Origin: a bacterium
GTDB taxonomy: Bacteria > Bacillota > Clostridia > Lachnospirales > Lachnospiraceae
DNA: 64,000 nucleotides
Assembly: GCA_028724545.1 (NCBI GenBank)
Contig: JAQYCU010000066.1
Location: 417 to 64,416, forward strand
Direction: 5' to 3'
The stretch's first letter is position 1; every line of letters starts with the position of its first letter. Position numbers and translations under genes: made by a program. Under the pieces are notes generated by a model, which was not told the origin of the DNA, did no database searches, and saw only the letters and a program-made list of their open reading frames with translations. Positions 55,440-64,000 of the stretch are shown one piece after another.

Positions 55440-57908
55440 ATGAAAGAAATTAAAAAAGAAGAATTTAAGAAAGAAATTGAAGATTATGTAAAGGTTTTGT
55501 TTCGTAAAACTGTAAAAGAAGCAGATGACCAGCAGTTATTTCAGGCTGTTTCCTATGCAGTAAAAGACATTATTGTTGACCAGTGGATGGCAACACATAA
55601 GACTTATGAAGAGAAAGATGCAAAAACAGTATACTATTTATCTATGGAATTTCTTACAGGACGTGCATTAGGTAATATTATTATCAATCTGAAAGGTAAT
55701 CAGGCGATTAAAGAAGCAATCGAAGAGCTGGGTATGAATCTGGATGTCATTGAGGACCAGGAACCGGATGCAGCATTAGGAAATGGTGGATTAGGCCGAC
55801 TGGCTGCCTGCTTTTTAGATTCGCTGTCAACTCTTGGATATCCTGCATACGGATGTGGTATTCGTTATAAATATGGTATGTTCAAGCAGGTAATTGAGAA
55901 CGGATATCAGGTAGAAAAACCAGACAACTGGTTAAAATATGGAAATCCTTTTGAGATTAAGCGTCCGGAATATGCTGTTGAGGTTAAGTTTGGTGGATAT
56001 GTTGCAATTCATAAAGATGAAGCAACAGGAAGAAATAAATTCGTACAGGAAAATTATCAGTCTGTTCTGGCTGTTCCTTATGATTTGCCAATCGTCGGAT
56101 ATAATAACAATGTTGTCAATACACTTCGTATCTGGGATGCAGAAGCAATTGATACTTTTAATCTGGATTCCTTCGACAAAGGCGATTATCAGAAAGCAGT
56201 TGAGCAGCAGAACCTTGCCCGTACAATTTGTGAAGTACTTTATCCAAATGATAATCATATTGCAGGTAAAGAACTTCGTTTGAAACAGCAGTATTTCTTC
56301 GTTTCAGCAAGTGTGCAGCGTGCCGTGCTGAAATATTTAGAGAAGCATGATGATATCAGAAAGATTCACGAAAAGGTATGTTTCCAGTTAAATGATACAC
56401 ATCCAACAGTTACTGTTGCCGAGCTGATGCGTATTTTAGTAGACGAGCATGGATTGGAATGGGATGAAGCATGGAGCATTACCAATAAGACTTGTGCTTA
56501 TACAAACCATACGATTATGTCAGAAGCATTGGAAAAATGGCCTTTGGAACTTTTCTCCAGACTGCTTCCACGTATTTACCAGATTATTGAAGAAATCAAC
56601 CGTCGTTTCATCTTAGATATTCAGAGAGCATATCCTAATGATTACAGCAAGGTTGAGAAGATGGCAATTATCTATGATGGACAGGTTAAGATGGCACATC
56701 TTGCTATTGCTGCAAGTTTTTCTGTCAATGGTGTTGCAAGACTGCATACAGAAATTCTGAAAAATCAGGAATTAAAAGACTTCTATCTTATGATGCCGGA
56801 GAAATTTAATAATAAGACAAATGGTATTACACAGCGTAGATTCCTGCTTCACGGTAATCCACTTCTGGCTGACTGGGTAACAAAGAAGATTGGCGATGAC
56901 TGGATTACAAATCTGTCACATATTAATGAATTGTCTGTATATGTTGATGATGAGATGAGCCAGAAGGAATTTATGAATATTAAATACCAGAATAAAGTTC
57001 GTCTTGCAAAATACATTAAAGAACATAATGGTGTTGAAGTGAATCCTCGTTCTATTTTTGATGTACAGGTTAAAAGACTTCACGAATACAAACGTCAGTT
57101 ATTGAATATTCTGCACATTATGTACTTATATAATGATATTAAGCAGCATCCGGAGAAAGAGTTCTATCCAAGAACATTTATCTTTGGTGCAAAGGCTTCT
57201 GCCGGTTACCATAGAGCAAAAGCAATTATCAAACTGATTAACAGTGTGGCAGATGTTGTTAATAATGATAAATCGATTGATGATAAAATCAAAGTTGTAT
57301 TTATTGAAAACTATCGTGTTTCTAATGCAGAAATTATTTTTGCTGCAGCAGATGTTTCTGAACAGATTTCTACAGCAAGTAAGGAAGCATCAGGAACAGG
57401 TAATATGAAATTTATGCTGAATGGTGCAGTAACACTTGGTACGATGGATGGTGCTAATGTGGAAATTGTAGAGGAAGTAGGCGAAGAAAACGCATTTATT
57501 TTCGGTTTATCTTCTGATGAAGTAATCGAATATGAGCATAATGGCCAGTATAATCCAAGAGAAATATACAATACGGATTCAGAAATCCGTGCCGTATTAA
57601 CACAGTTAGTAGATGGTACTTATGCGCCAGGTAATCCGGAAGAGTTCCGTGATATTTACAATTCATTGTTAGACGGACAGGGTGGACGTCCTGATATGTA
57701 CTTCATACTGAAAGACTTCCGTTCTTATGCAGAAGCACAGAAGAAGGTGGAAGAAGCATATAAAGATACAGACAGATGGGCTAAGATGGCAATGCTTAAT
57801 GTTGCTAAAGTAGGAAAATTCTCTTCCGACAGAACAATCGAAGAGTATGCGAAGGATATCTGGCATCTGGAAAAAGTTAAAGTGGAATTAGAAGACGACG
57901 AAGATTAG
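55440..57908 (+). CDS. glgP: Glycogen/maltodextrin phosphorylase (GT35)
   Basis: ORF 55353..57908, with ATG 55440 behind AGAGGAGGG. PLP-lysine motif EASGTGNMKFMLNGA. About 820 aa. Confidence 0.95.
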   Translation: MKEIKKEEFKKEIEDYVKVLFRKTVKEADDQQLFQAVSYAVKDIIVDQWMATHKTYEEKDAKTVYYLSMEFLTGRALGNIIINLKGNQAIKEAIEELGMNLDVIEDQEPDAALGNGGLGRLAACFLDSLSTLGYPAYGCGIRYKYGMFKQVIENGYQVEKPDNWLKYGNPFEIKRPEYAVEVKFGGYVAIHKDEATGRNKFVQENYQSVLAVPYDLPIVGYNNNVVNTLRIWDAEAIDTFNLDSFDKGDYQKAVEQQNLARTICEVLYPNDNHIAGKELRLKQQYFFVSASVQRAVLKYLEKHDDIRKIHEKVCFQLNDTHPTVTVAELMRILVDEHGLEWDEAWSITNKTCAYTNHTIMSEALEKWPLELFSRLLPRIYQIIEEINRRFILDIQRAYPNDYSKVEKMAIIYDGQVKMAHLAIAASFSVNGVARLHTEILKNQELKDFYLMMPEKFNNKTNGITQRRFLLHGNPLLADWVTKKIGDDWITNLSHINELSVYVDDEMSQKEFMNIKYQNKVRLAKYIKEHNGVEVNPRSIFDVQVKRLHEYKRQLLNILHIMYLYNDIKQHPEKEFYPRTFIFGAKASAGYHRAKAIIKLINSVADVVNNDKSIDDKIKVVFIENYRVSNAEIIFAAADVSEQISTASKEASGTGNMKFMLNGAVTLGTMDGANVEIVEEVGEENAFIFGLSSDEVIEYEHNGQYNPREIYNTDSEIRAVLTQLVDGTYAPGNPEEFRDIYNSLLDGQGGRPDMYFILKDFRSYAEAQKKVEEAYKDTDRWAKMAMLNVAKVGKFSSDRTIEEYAKDIWHLEKVKVELEDDED

Positions 57909-58040
57909 AGTTCAGATTTTGACTGGGAAATGATAAAGACCAGAGTTCAGGGTTCGACTGGGAGATGTTAAAAACCAGAGTCCGGATTTTGCCTGGAAGA
58001 TGTTGCAGACCAAAGTCCAGACTTTGTATGAAAGAAGTTC
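57907..58040. repeat. Tandem repeat, 35-bp unit, about 3.8 copies, starting at the glgP stop codon
   Basis: Three full 35-nt units lie at 57907-57941, 57942-57976 and 57977-58011, followed by a diverged fourth unit. Consensus is AGAGTyCrGrTTyTGaCTGGrArATGwTaaAgACC. Confidence 0.9.
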
Positions 58041-58080
58041 TTTCATTGTAAATAATATTGTGAAAGTGCAGTATAATGTA

Positions 58081-58120
58081 AAACCCCGGTAAATGCAATA
58101 TGCTATTTCCCGGGGTTTGT
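58081..58120 (+). terminator. GC-rich hairpin (weak terminator or 5'-UTR structure of sppA)
   Basis: aaaccccgg / ccggggttt stem with a 20-nt loop, followed only by tttg. It lies 19 nt before the sppA start. Confidence 0.35.
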
Positions 58121-58138
58121 CAGAATAGGGAGGTTACC

Positions 58139-59155
58139 ATGAAGAAAAAGCAGTTAATTGGAATTATTGTTACCGGTGCAGTTATTATAGCAGTCGGCGT
58201 AACAGGGGTATTGTCAAATGTAGCAGGAAATTATTTTATGTCGAAAACAACCGAAAGCAAAGATGGTTTTTTTAATGAAATAATGAGTGATACAAATGAT
58301 TTTGATGAGGAATTGCCGGATGATGACTATATTGGTGTACTTAATATTGTTGGTGAAATCGGTGCAACTTCATCAGATTCTCTGACTTCATCAGGAACAT
58401 ATAATCACGATATGTATATGAAATTTATTGATGAAATGAAAGATTCATCTGACAATAAAGGTATTCTGCTTTATGTAGACAGCCCGGGTGGAGCTGTTTA
58501 CGAATCGGATGAATTGTATTTGAAATTAATGGAATATAAGAAAGAAACAAAACGACCAGTCTGGGCTTATTTTGCATCAGAAGCATGTTCTGGTGGATAT
58601 TATATTTCAATGGCAGCAGATAAAATCTACGCAAACCGAAATACGTGGACGGGTTCCATTGGTGTTATCGTTTCACTGGTTAATTGCAAAAATTTGTATG
58701 AAAAATTAGGTATCAAGGAAATTGATATTACGAGTGGAAAGAATAAAGCGATGGGTTCAGCAGGTCTGGATTTGACAGATGAGCAATATGAGATTCTGCA
58801 AAGTCTTGTGGATGAAGCATATGACCAGTTTGTGGGAATCGTCAGTACCGGACGTAAAATGGATGAAGCAACCGTGCGTAATTTGGCTGATGGCCGTATT
58901 TATTCAGCAAAGCAGGCTTTGGAACTTGACCTGGTTGATAAAATTGGTTCTTTAGAGGAGGAAAAGACGGCTTTCACAAAGGAAATTGGATGTGATGAAG
59001 ACATTGAGTTTTATGCACCAGAGAATGAAATGGGTGATTTTTGGAGTACTATTTTTGATAATGTCAAAAGCATTGTTCCGAAGTCTGATGTAGAACTGGC
59101 AACAGACATCGTTGAGAACAAGGGAAATGGGGTGTTGAAATATTATGCAAAATAA
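58139..59155 (+). CDS. sppA: Signal peptide peptidase SppA (S49, 36K type)
   Basis: ORF 58100..59155, with ATG 58139 behind GGGAGG. N-terminal TM. Motifs DSPGG, CSGGYYISMAAD and GSIGV. Confidence 0.9.
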   Translation: MKKKQLIGIIVTGAVIIAVGVTGVLSNVAGNYFMSKTTESKDGFFNEIMSDTNDFDEELPDDDYIGVLNIVGEIGATSSDSLTSSGTYNHDMYMKFIDEMKDSSDNKGILLYVDSPGGAVYESDELYLKLMEYKKETKRPVWAYFASEACSGGYYISMAADKIYANRNTWTGSIGVIVSLVNCKNLYEKLGIKEIDITSGKNKAMGSAGLDLTDEQYEILQSLVDEAYDQFVGIVSTGRKMDEATVRNLADGRIYSAKQALELDLVDKIGSLEEEKTAFTKEIGCDEDIEFYAPENEMGDFWSTIFDNVKSIVPKSDVELATDIVENKGNGVLKYYAK

Positions 59156-59966
59156 TACGAAAAATCAAGTGTATGCTGGGTTTTTCGTGCGTTTCGCAGC
59201 ATACCTTATTGACTGGGTTATTGTAGGGCTTGCGTTACTTGCCATTCGCATTCCTGTATGGATTGCATCTGTCGGTGGAACAGCAGATTTCGTGTTAAAA
59301 GATTTTATTTTTCAGTATTCCATTTATGATATTGTTATTTATGTATTGAAAGTGGCATATTTCTCGCTTCTAACATATTTTACGGGTTCCACTTTAGGCA
59401 AAAAATTAATGCAGATTAAGGTGGTTAGTTCTGAAGACAGGAAACCGACATTTTTTGAAATTGTATTTCGTGAAAGCGTAGGAAAGTTTTTATCAGCACT
59501 TGTTTTAGATGCCGGATTTATCATGGTTGGTGTTGACAAGAAAAAACGAGGCCTGCATGACCTTTTAAGTGATACAAATGTGATTTATTATCATCAGAAA
59601 AAAGTAGCTGTACCTACGCCGGTGGTGTATCAGAAAGTAGCCTATGCACCTTCGCCAACAGTACAAAATGGTTTTTATCAGCAACCAAATCAGATTGTAC
59701 CAAATATGGGACAGCAGCCATTCGTGCCAAACCAGCCGGTACAGCAGAATGGTCAGCTGAATGTGTCCAACGAACTGGTACAACATGATGGCCAGCCGAA
59801 TGTGCCAAACCAGCCGGTACAGCAGAATGGTCAGTCGTTTGTGTTAAATGAACCGGTACAACATGATGGTCAGCCAAATGTGCAAAATGAGCCTGTGGAT
59901 GTAAAAAATCAAGATTTTTTAAATTCTGACAAAAAGCAGGAAGCAAATGAAGATAAAAATGAATAA
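59145..59966 (+). CDS. RDD-family membrane protein (YteJ-like SppA partner) with a Gln/Asn/Pro-rich repeat tail
   Basis: 11-nt overlap with sppA. RDD-domain N-terminus (YAGFFVRFAAYLIDWVIV ... GLHDLLSDT). The C-terminal ~110 aa are repetitive. Confidence 0.85.
   Translation: MQNNTKNQVYAGFFVRFAAYLIDWVIVGLALLAIRIPVWIASVGGTADFVLKDFIFQYSIYDIVIYVLKVAYFSLLTYFTGSTLGKKLMQIKVVSSEDRKPTFFEIVFRESVGKFLSALVLDAGFIMVGVDKKKRGLHDLLSDTNVIYYHQKKVAVPTPVVYQKVAYAPSPTVQNGFYQQPNQIVPNMGQQPFVPNQPVQQNGQLNVSNELVQHDGQPNVPNQPVQQNGQSFVLNEPVQHDGQPNVQNEPVDVKNQDFLNSDKKQEANEDKNE
59724..59900 (+). repeat. In-frame 78-bp tandem repeat, 2 copies plus a partial
   Basis: gtgccaaaccagccggtacagcagaatggtcag... starts at 59724 and again at 59802, with a partial third copy at 59880. 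It encodes VPNQPVQQNGQ..V.NE.VQHDGQPN. Confidence 0.85.
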
Positions 59967-60005
59967 AAGAAAAATATCTGTTAAGAATAGTAGCAGATGA
60001 TATCG

Positions 60006-60037
60006 TAGCACTCCGATAGATTCGGGGTGCTATTTTT
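60006..60037 (+). terminator. Intrinsic terminator after sppA and the RDD gene
   Basis: tagcactccga-tagat-tcggggtgcta followed by ttttt. Confidence 0.8.
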
Positions 60038-60104
60038 ACTTTATAGAGAAATGCTGCGAAAAGCAGAGAGATGCCGGCAAGAATTTTTGTGGGAAGTTCT
60101 TGTA

Positions 60105-60132
60105 GTGCAAATTATTTGTTTTGCACTTTTTT
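60105..60132 (+). terminator. Second terminator-like hairpin, 25 nt upstream of the next start codon
   Basis: gtgcaaa-ttatttgt-tttgcac followed by tttttt. Confidence 0.5.
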
Positions 60133-60157
60133 AATTTAGTAGAATGGAGGACATAAC

Positions 60158-61009
60158 ATGTTTGAGGAAAAGGAATCATTTTGGAAGAAAAAAGGCTTTT
60201 ATGTTTCGACATGTGTTTTACTGGTTTGTGTTATGGCTATCGGAGCAATTTGTTACAGAAAAACAAATCTGTCGGGAAATGACGACAATATGATGGCGGA
60301 TATTGTAACAGAAACACCCAACTCACTGGCAGATAATACGCAAAATGATACAGCTTCTTTGGAGCAAAAAGGAACACAGGAAAATGTATCGGAAGCAAAT
60401 GCAAATTTGACGGAAAAAGTAACAAATCAGGCAGCCAGTCAGGAGCAGGACGCAAAAAGCAGCACCAAGGCAAAAGATACGAATACGGATGAAACCGAAA
60501 AGAAGAAGGAAAAGACAAAAAATAGCAAAAGCAATGCCGATAAAAAGAAAGCAATGTCATCTGTCACTACCAGTGCAAACAGTAAGAACTATTCTTTTAA
60601 TGAAGAAAAAGGACTTTTGTGGCCGGTTAAAGGAGAAGTGATTATGAAATACAGTATGAATAATGCCATTTATTTTAAAACATTAGCACAGTACAAGTGC
60701 AATCCGGGCATTGTGATTTCGGCAAAAACAGGAACAAAAGTAAAAGCAGCTGCAAATTGTCGCGTCACAAAGATTGCAAAAGATGATGAATTGGGAACTG
60801 TGATTACGACGGACATCGGAAGCGGGTATACGGTACTGTATGGACAGATGGATAATGTTTCTGTGAATAAAGGCGATGAACTGAAGGAAGGCGATGTAAT
60901 TGGAACGGTTGCCCGGCCAACAAAATATTATACAGAAGAGGGAAGTAATTTGTATTTGCAGGTAAAAGAAGGGAAAGAAACGGTGGACCCGTTGCTTTTG
61001 CTGCGATAA
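60158..61009 (+). CDS. Membrane-anchored LytM/M23-fold protein with all zinc ligands replaced (non-catalytic, SpoIIQ/EnvC-like architecture)
   Basis: N-terminal TM, a disordered Thr/Lys/Asn-rich linker and an M23-like C-terminus. NPGIVISA replaces HxGxD, YGQM replaces the YxH element and NLYLQV replaces HLHFE. Confidence 0.7.
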   Translation: MFEEKESFWKKKGFYVSTCVLLVCVMAIGAICYRKTNLSGNDDNMMADIVTETPNSLADNTQNDTASLEQKGTQENVSEANANLTEKVTNQAASQEQDAKSSTKAKDTNTDETEKKKEKTKNSKSNADKKKAMSSVTTSANSKNYSFNEEKGLLWPVKGEVIMKYSMNNAIYFKTLAQYKCNPGIVISAKTGTKVKAAANCRVTKIAKDDELGTVITTDIGSGYTVLYGQMDNVSVNKGDELKEGDVIGTVARPTKYYTEEGSNLYLQVKEGKETVDPLLLLR

Positions 61010-61146
61010 ATTGCAAAATAAATTTTTATCATAGACCGTACTGTTGTATTGGACTTAGCTGCGAAAATAATTAAATTTTTGAGCCGGTTTATCTTCACGA
61101 TTCAAAGATTTCGGATGGACTTTTGAAGATTGGGACAAATGACGCG

Positions 61147-61180
61147 CCCCTTTTTATTATCATATGATAGTAAAAAGGGG
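61147..61180. other. 34-bp near-perfect palindrome
   Basis: ccccttttta-t-tatca-ta-tgata-g-taaaaagggg. It could be a bidirectional terminator or an operator. Confidence 0.6.
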
Positions 61181-61265
61181 TGTTTTATTTATTGGAAGGA
61201 AAAGGTGTTTTCGGTTGTCGTTAAGAAGAGGTGTTTTTAATTGCCGGTAAAAAGGTGTCTTACTT
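61171..61265. repeat. Four phased copies of an A-rich + GGTGT(T/C)TT motif (24-26 bp spacing)
   Basis: GGTGTTTT occurs at 61179, 61204 and 61230, and GGTGTCTT at 61254. Each copy is preceded by an aaaag-like run. Confidence 0.65.
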
Positions 61266-61393
61266 TTATAATAGAAGGAATGGCATTAAAAAACGGTATG
61301 TTATTTGCCAGCAAAAATTTTTATTAGGACTATTTGAAAATGTATTTACATATTTTTCCCAAAAAGGTTGTGGTTCTAAACGATACGAAATTA

Positions 61394-61402
61394 TGCTATA
61401 AT
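61394..61402 (+). promoter_or_regulatory. Extended -10 promoter element (TGcTATAAT)
   Basis: The only good -10 element upstream of the TIGR00266-type gene. The -35 element is weak. Confidence 0.35.
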
Positions 61403-61494
61403 GATGAAAAATGAGCATAAAAGGGCAGAGCTGCAAGTTCATCGCAGTGTATCTCAGCCCGATGACAGTTAGGCGATGCAGAAAAGAGGGAAAT

Positions 61495-62175
61495 ATGCGT
61501 TATAAGATTATAGGAAACACAATGCCGGCAGTGGAAGTTTTGTTTGACCAGGCAGGAGAATCTATGTACACACAATCTGGTGCAATGGCTTGGATGTCAG
61601 ATGGAATTGCAATGAACACAAGTACAAACGGTGGACTTTTAAAGGGAATGGGAAGAATGTTTGCAGGGGAATCCCTGTTTATGGCAAATTATACGGCGCA
61701 GGTGCCGGGGGCGACTATGGCGTTTGCTTCTACTGTGGCAGGTGAAATTATGCCAATTAATGTAGGGGAAACGGGTGGACTCATTTGCCAGAAAGGTGCA
61801 TTTTTGTGTGCAGAACCGGGCGTAAATTTGAATATTACATTTACAAAGAAATTTTCAAGTGGTTTCTTTGGAGGAGAAGGTTTTATTCTGCAGGATATTT
61901 CCGGACAGGGTATGGTATTTTTGGAAATTGATGGTGACAAAGTTGTTAAGGAACTGGCTCCGGGCGAGGTGCTGAAAGTAGACACGGGAAATGTGGTTGC
62001 GTTTGAACGTTCTGTGCGCTATGAAATAGAAACGGTCAAAGGATTTAAGAATATTTTTCTCGGTGGTGAAGGTTTGTTCTTAACGAAACTGGTTGGCCCT
62101 GGAAAAGTTATTTTACAGACACAGAATTTCAATGATTTTGCCGGGAAAATTGCAAATATGATTCCACAAAAATAA
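61495..62175 (+). CDS. TIGR00266/AIM24 (DUF124) family protein
   Basis: ORF 61411..62175, with ATG 61495 behind AGAGGGA. MRYKIIGNTMPAVEVLFDQAGESMYTQSGAMAWMS is typical of the family. Confidence 0.8.
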   Translation: MRYKIIGNTMPAVEVLFDQAGESMYTQSGAMAWMSDGIAMNTSTNGGLLKGMGRMFAGESLFMANYTAQVPGATMAFASTVAGEIMPINVGETGGLICQKGAFLCAEPGVNLNITFTKKFSSGFFGGEGFILQDISGQGMVFLEIDGDKVVKELAPGEVLKVDTGNVVAFERSVRYEIETVKGFKNIFLGGEGLFLTKLVGPGKVILQTQNFNDFAGKIANMIPQK

Positions 62176-62274
62176 GGCGAAGATTTATCGCAAATTTTTG
62201 ATTTCAGAAAAGCAGAGAGTATTGTCTGTCGGCGCACGGAATGATATCGCGCAAAGAAAAAGAAGAAATACTGC

Positions 62275-62303
62275 TTGTCTTTCTTGTAATGCTATTTTAT
62301 AAT
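62275..62303 (+). promoter_or_regulatory. Sigma-A-like promoter of guaA
   Basis: TTGTCT (62275-62280), 17-nt spacer, TATAAT (62298-62303). Confidence 0.5.
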
Positions 62304-62410
62304 GGAATGCAGGTAAAGAGGGAAATAAAATCAGAAAGTTACTGGATTTATGACAGCGCTGCGTTATAAATCGTGATGAAACTGCAGCGTAGGAATGAGG
62401 TTAAAACAGG

Positions 62411-63985
62411 ATGAATCAAGAGAAAGTTATTGTCATTGATTTTGGTGGACAGTACAATCAGTTAGTGGCAAGACGTGTTCGAGAATGCAATGTTTATTGT
62501 GAAATTTATTCATATCGTACCGATATTGAGAAGATTAAGGAAATGAATCCAAAGGGAATTATCCTTACCGGTGGACCAAACAGCTGTTATGAGGATAATT
62601 CGCCAACATATCAAAAGGAATTATTTGAATTAGGTGTCCCAGTTTTGGGACTTTGCTATGGTGCACAGCTTATGATGCATGTGCTTGGTGGCAAAGTAGA
62701 AAAAGCACCCGTTCGTGAATATGGAAAAACAGAAGTTTTCGTAAAGAAAACATCACCTTTATTTGCAGATGTTTCTGAAAAGACAATTTGCTGGATGAGT
62801 CATTTTGATTACATTTCCAAACCGGCAGATGGATTTGAAATCACGGCGCACACAGCAGATTGCCCAGTGGCAGCAGCAGAAAATATGGCGAAGAATTTAT
62901 ATGCAATTCAGTTCCATCCAGAAGTACTGCATACGCAGGAAGGTACGAAAATGCTGTATAATTTCGTGCGAAACGTATGTGGCTGTGCAGGAACATGGCG
63001 AATGGATTCTTTTGTAGAAAATTCTATCAAGGAAATCCGTGAAAAAGTTGGAGATGGCAAGGTGTTATGTGCACTTTCCGGTGGCGTGGATTCTTCCGTG
63101 GCAGCCGTTTTGTTATCAAAAGCAATCGGAAATCAGCTGACCTGTGTGTTTGTAGACCACGGACTTCTGCGAAAAGATGAGGGCGACGAGGTTGAAGAAG
63201 TGTTTGGACCAAAAGGCCCATATGAGCTGAATTTCATTCGCGTCAATGCACAGGAACGTTATTACAAAAAACTTGCAGGTGTAACGGAACCTGAGGCAAA
63301 GAGAAAAATTATTGGCGAAGAGTTTATTCGCATTTTTGAAGAAGAGGCAAAGAAAATTGGAGCCGTCGACTTCCTTGTGCAAGGCACGATTTATCCAGAC
63401 GTAGTGGAAAGTGGACTTGGTGGGGAATCAGCAGTTATCAAATCGCACCACAATGTAGGTGGCTTGCCGGAACATGTTGATTTTAAGGAAATTATCGAGC
63501 CGTTGCGCGACCTGTTTAAGGATGAGGTTCGTAAAGCCGGTCTGGAGATGGGGATTCCAGAGAAACTTGTATTTCGTCAGCCGTTCCCTGGACCGGGACT
63601 TGGCATCCGTATCATTGGCGAAGTCACGGGTGAAAAGGTCAGAATGGTGCAGGAAGCAGATGCTATTTACCGTGAAGAGGTAGACAAGGCAGCTGAAAAC
63701 TATAAAGTGGCTAATGGTACAGAAGCACCGTGGATGCCGAACCAGTATTTCGCTGCGTTGACAAATATGCGCTCCGTAGGTGTTATGGGCGACGAAAGAA
63801 CTTATGATTATGCCGTAGCACTGCGAGCTGTCAGAACCGTGGACTTTATGACGGCAGAAAGTGCAGAAATTCCGTTTGAGGTGCTGCAGAAGGTAATGAG
63901 CCGAATTATTAATGAGGTAAAAGGTATCAATAGGGTATTTTATGATTTGACGAGTAAGCCACCAGGAACGATAGAGTTTGAATAA
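62411..63985 (+). CDS. guaA: GMP synthase (glutamine-hydrolysing)
   Basis: GATase Cys in GLCYGAQLM and PP-loop SGGVDSS. C-terminal dimerisation domain ends in GTIEFE. Confidence 0.97.
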   Translation: MNQEKVIVIDFGGQYNQLVARRVRECNVYCEIYSYRTDIEKIKEMNPKGIILTGGPNSCYEDNSPTYQKELFELGVPVLGLCYGAQLMMHVLGGKVEKAPVREYGKTEVFVKKTSPLFADVSEKTICWMSHFDYISKPADGFEITAHTADCPVAAAENMAKNLYAIQFHPEVLHTQEGTKMLYNFVRNVCGCAGTWRMDSFVENSIKEIREKVGDGKVLCALSGGVDSSVAAVLLSKAIGNQLTCVFVDHGLLRKDEGDEVEEVFGPKGPYELNFIRVNAQERYYKKLAGVTEPEAKRKIIGEEFIRIFEEEAKKIGAVDFLVQGTIYPDVVESGLGGESAVIKSHHNVGGLPEHVDFKEIIEPLRDLFKDEVRKAGLEMGIPEKLVFRQPFPGPGLGIRIIGEVTGEKVRMVQEADAIYREEVDKAAENYKVANGTEAPWMPNQYFAALTNMRSVGVMGDERTYDYAVALRAVRTVDFMTAESAEIPFEVLQKVMSRIINEVKGINRVFYDLTSKPPGTIEFE

Positions 63986-64000
63986 TCCTGTGTGTGAAAC

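Noticed and set aside
62304-62410. Purine riboswitch upstream of guaA
   Set aside because: There is no UUUCUACC-type junction and no three-way-junction layout. Only a 6-bp cgctgc/gcagcg hairpin with a 21-nt loop is present.
1-64000. Mobile elements, prophage, defence islands, toxin-antitoxin pairs, retron or DGR-type elements
   Set aside because: No integrase, transposase, recombinase, reverse transcriptase, nuclease-helicase pair or phage structural gene was recognised. The single tRNA gene has no adjacent integrase or direct-repeat scar that I could find.

Overview
This window reads as an ordinary chromosomal segment of a spore-forming, chemotactic Firmicute. The class Clostridia and a Lachnospiraceae-like origin are my inference from gene content and protein families. 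I hand-annotated about 54 protein genes, one tRNA-Arg(CCU), the rplJ (L10) leader, several sigma-A-like promoters and intrinsic terminators, and several tandem repeats. Gene order from left to right: OmpR-type two-component system; Dabb protein; PerR-like regulator plus reverse rubrerythrin; YfhO; a CBS-less ClC; a secreted GH59-like glycosidase; rplJ-rplL; an MCP with a long charged N-terminal extension; HAD, MATE, PAP2, a DUF5662-like gene, two ABC exporter half-transporters and AraC; an acyl-ACP thioesterase; a YdcF/DUF4358/DHHW/MBOAT/DHHW/PBP5 envelope module; ktrBA with a truncated kdpDE-like pair; tRNA-Arg; an orphan clpX; a Csp-like subtilase; yaaL and bofA; a ~10 kb Tad/Flp pilus operon ending in an FHA protein; PrcB-like lipoprotein; glgP; sppA plus an RDD partner; a degenerate LytM protein; a TIGR00266 protein; guaA. 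I saw no transposase, integrase, phage gene, reverse transcriptase, cas gene or recognisable defence system. The most distinctive content is the Tad locus and its unusual accessory genes: a pseudopilin fused to two His/Cys modules, a TadZ-like protein lacking the Walker-A lysine, two A24 peptidases and an FHA protein. Also notable are a set of intergenic tandem repeats (units of 35-50 bp) and several proteins with highly charged low-complexity extensions. All coordinates, repeat counts and motif positions were counted by hand. Every family assignment is by remembered motifs, not by database search.
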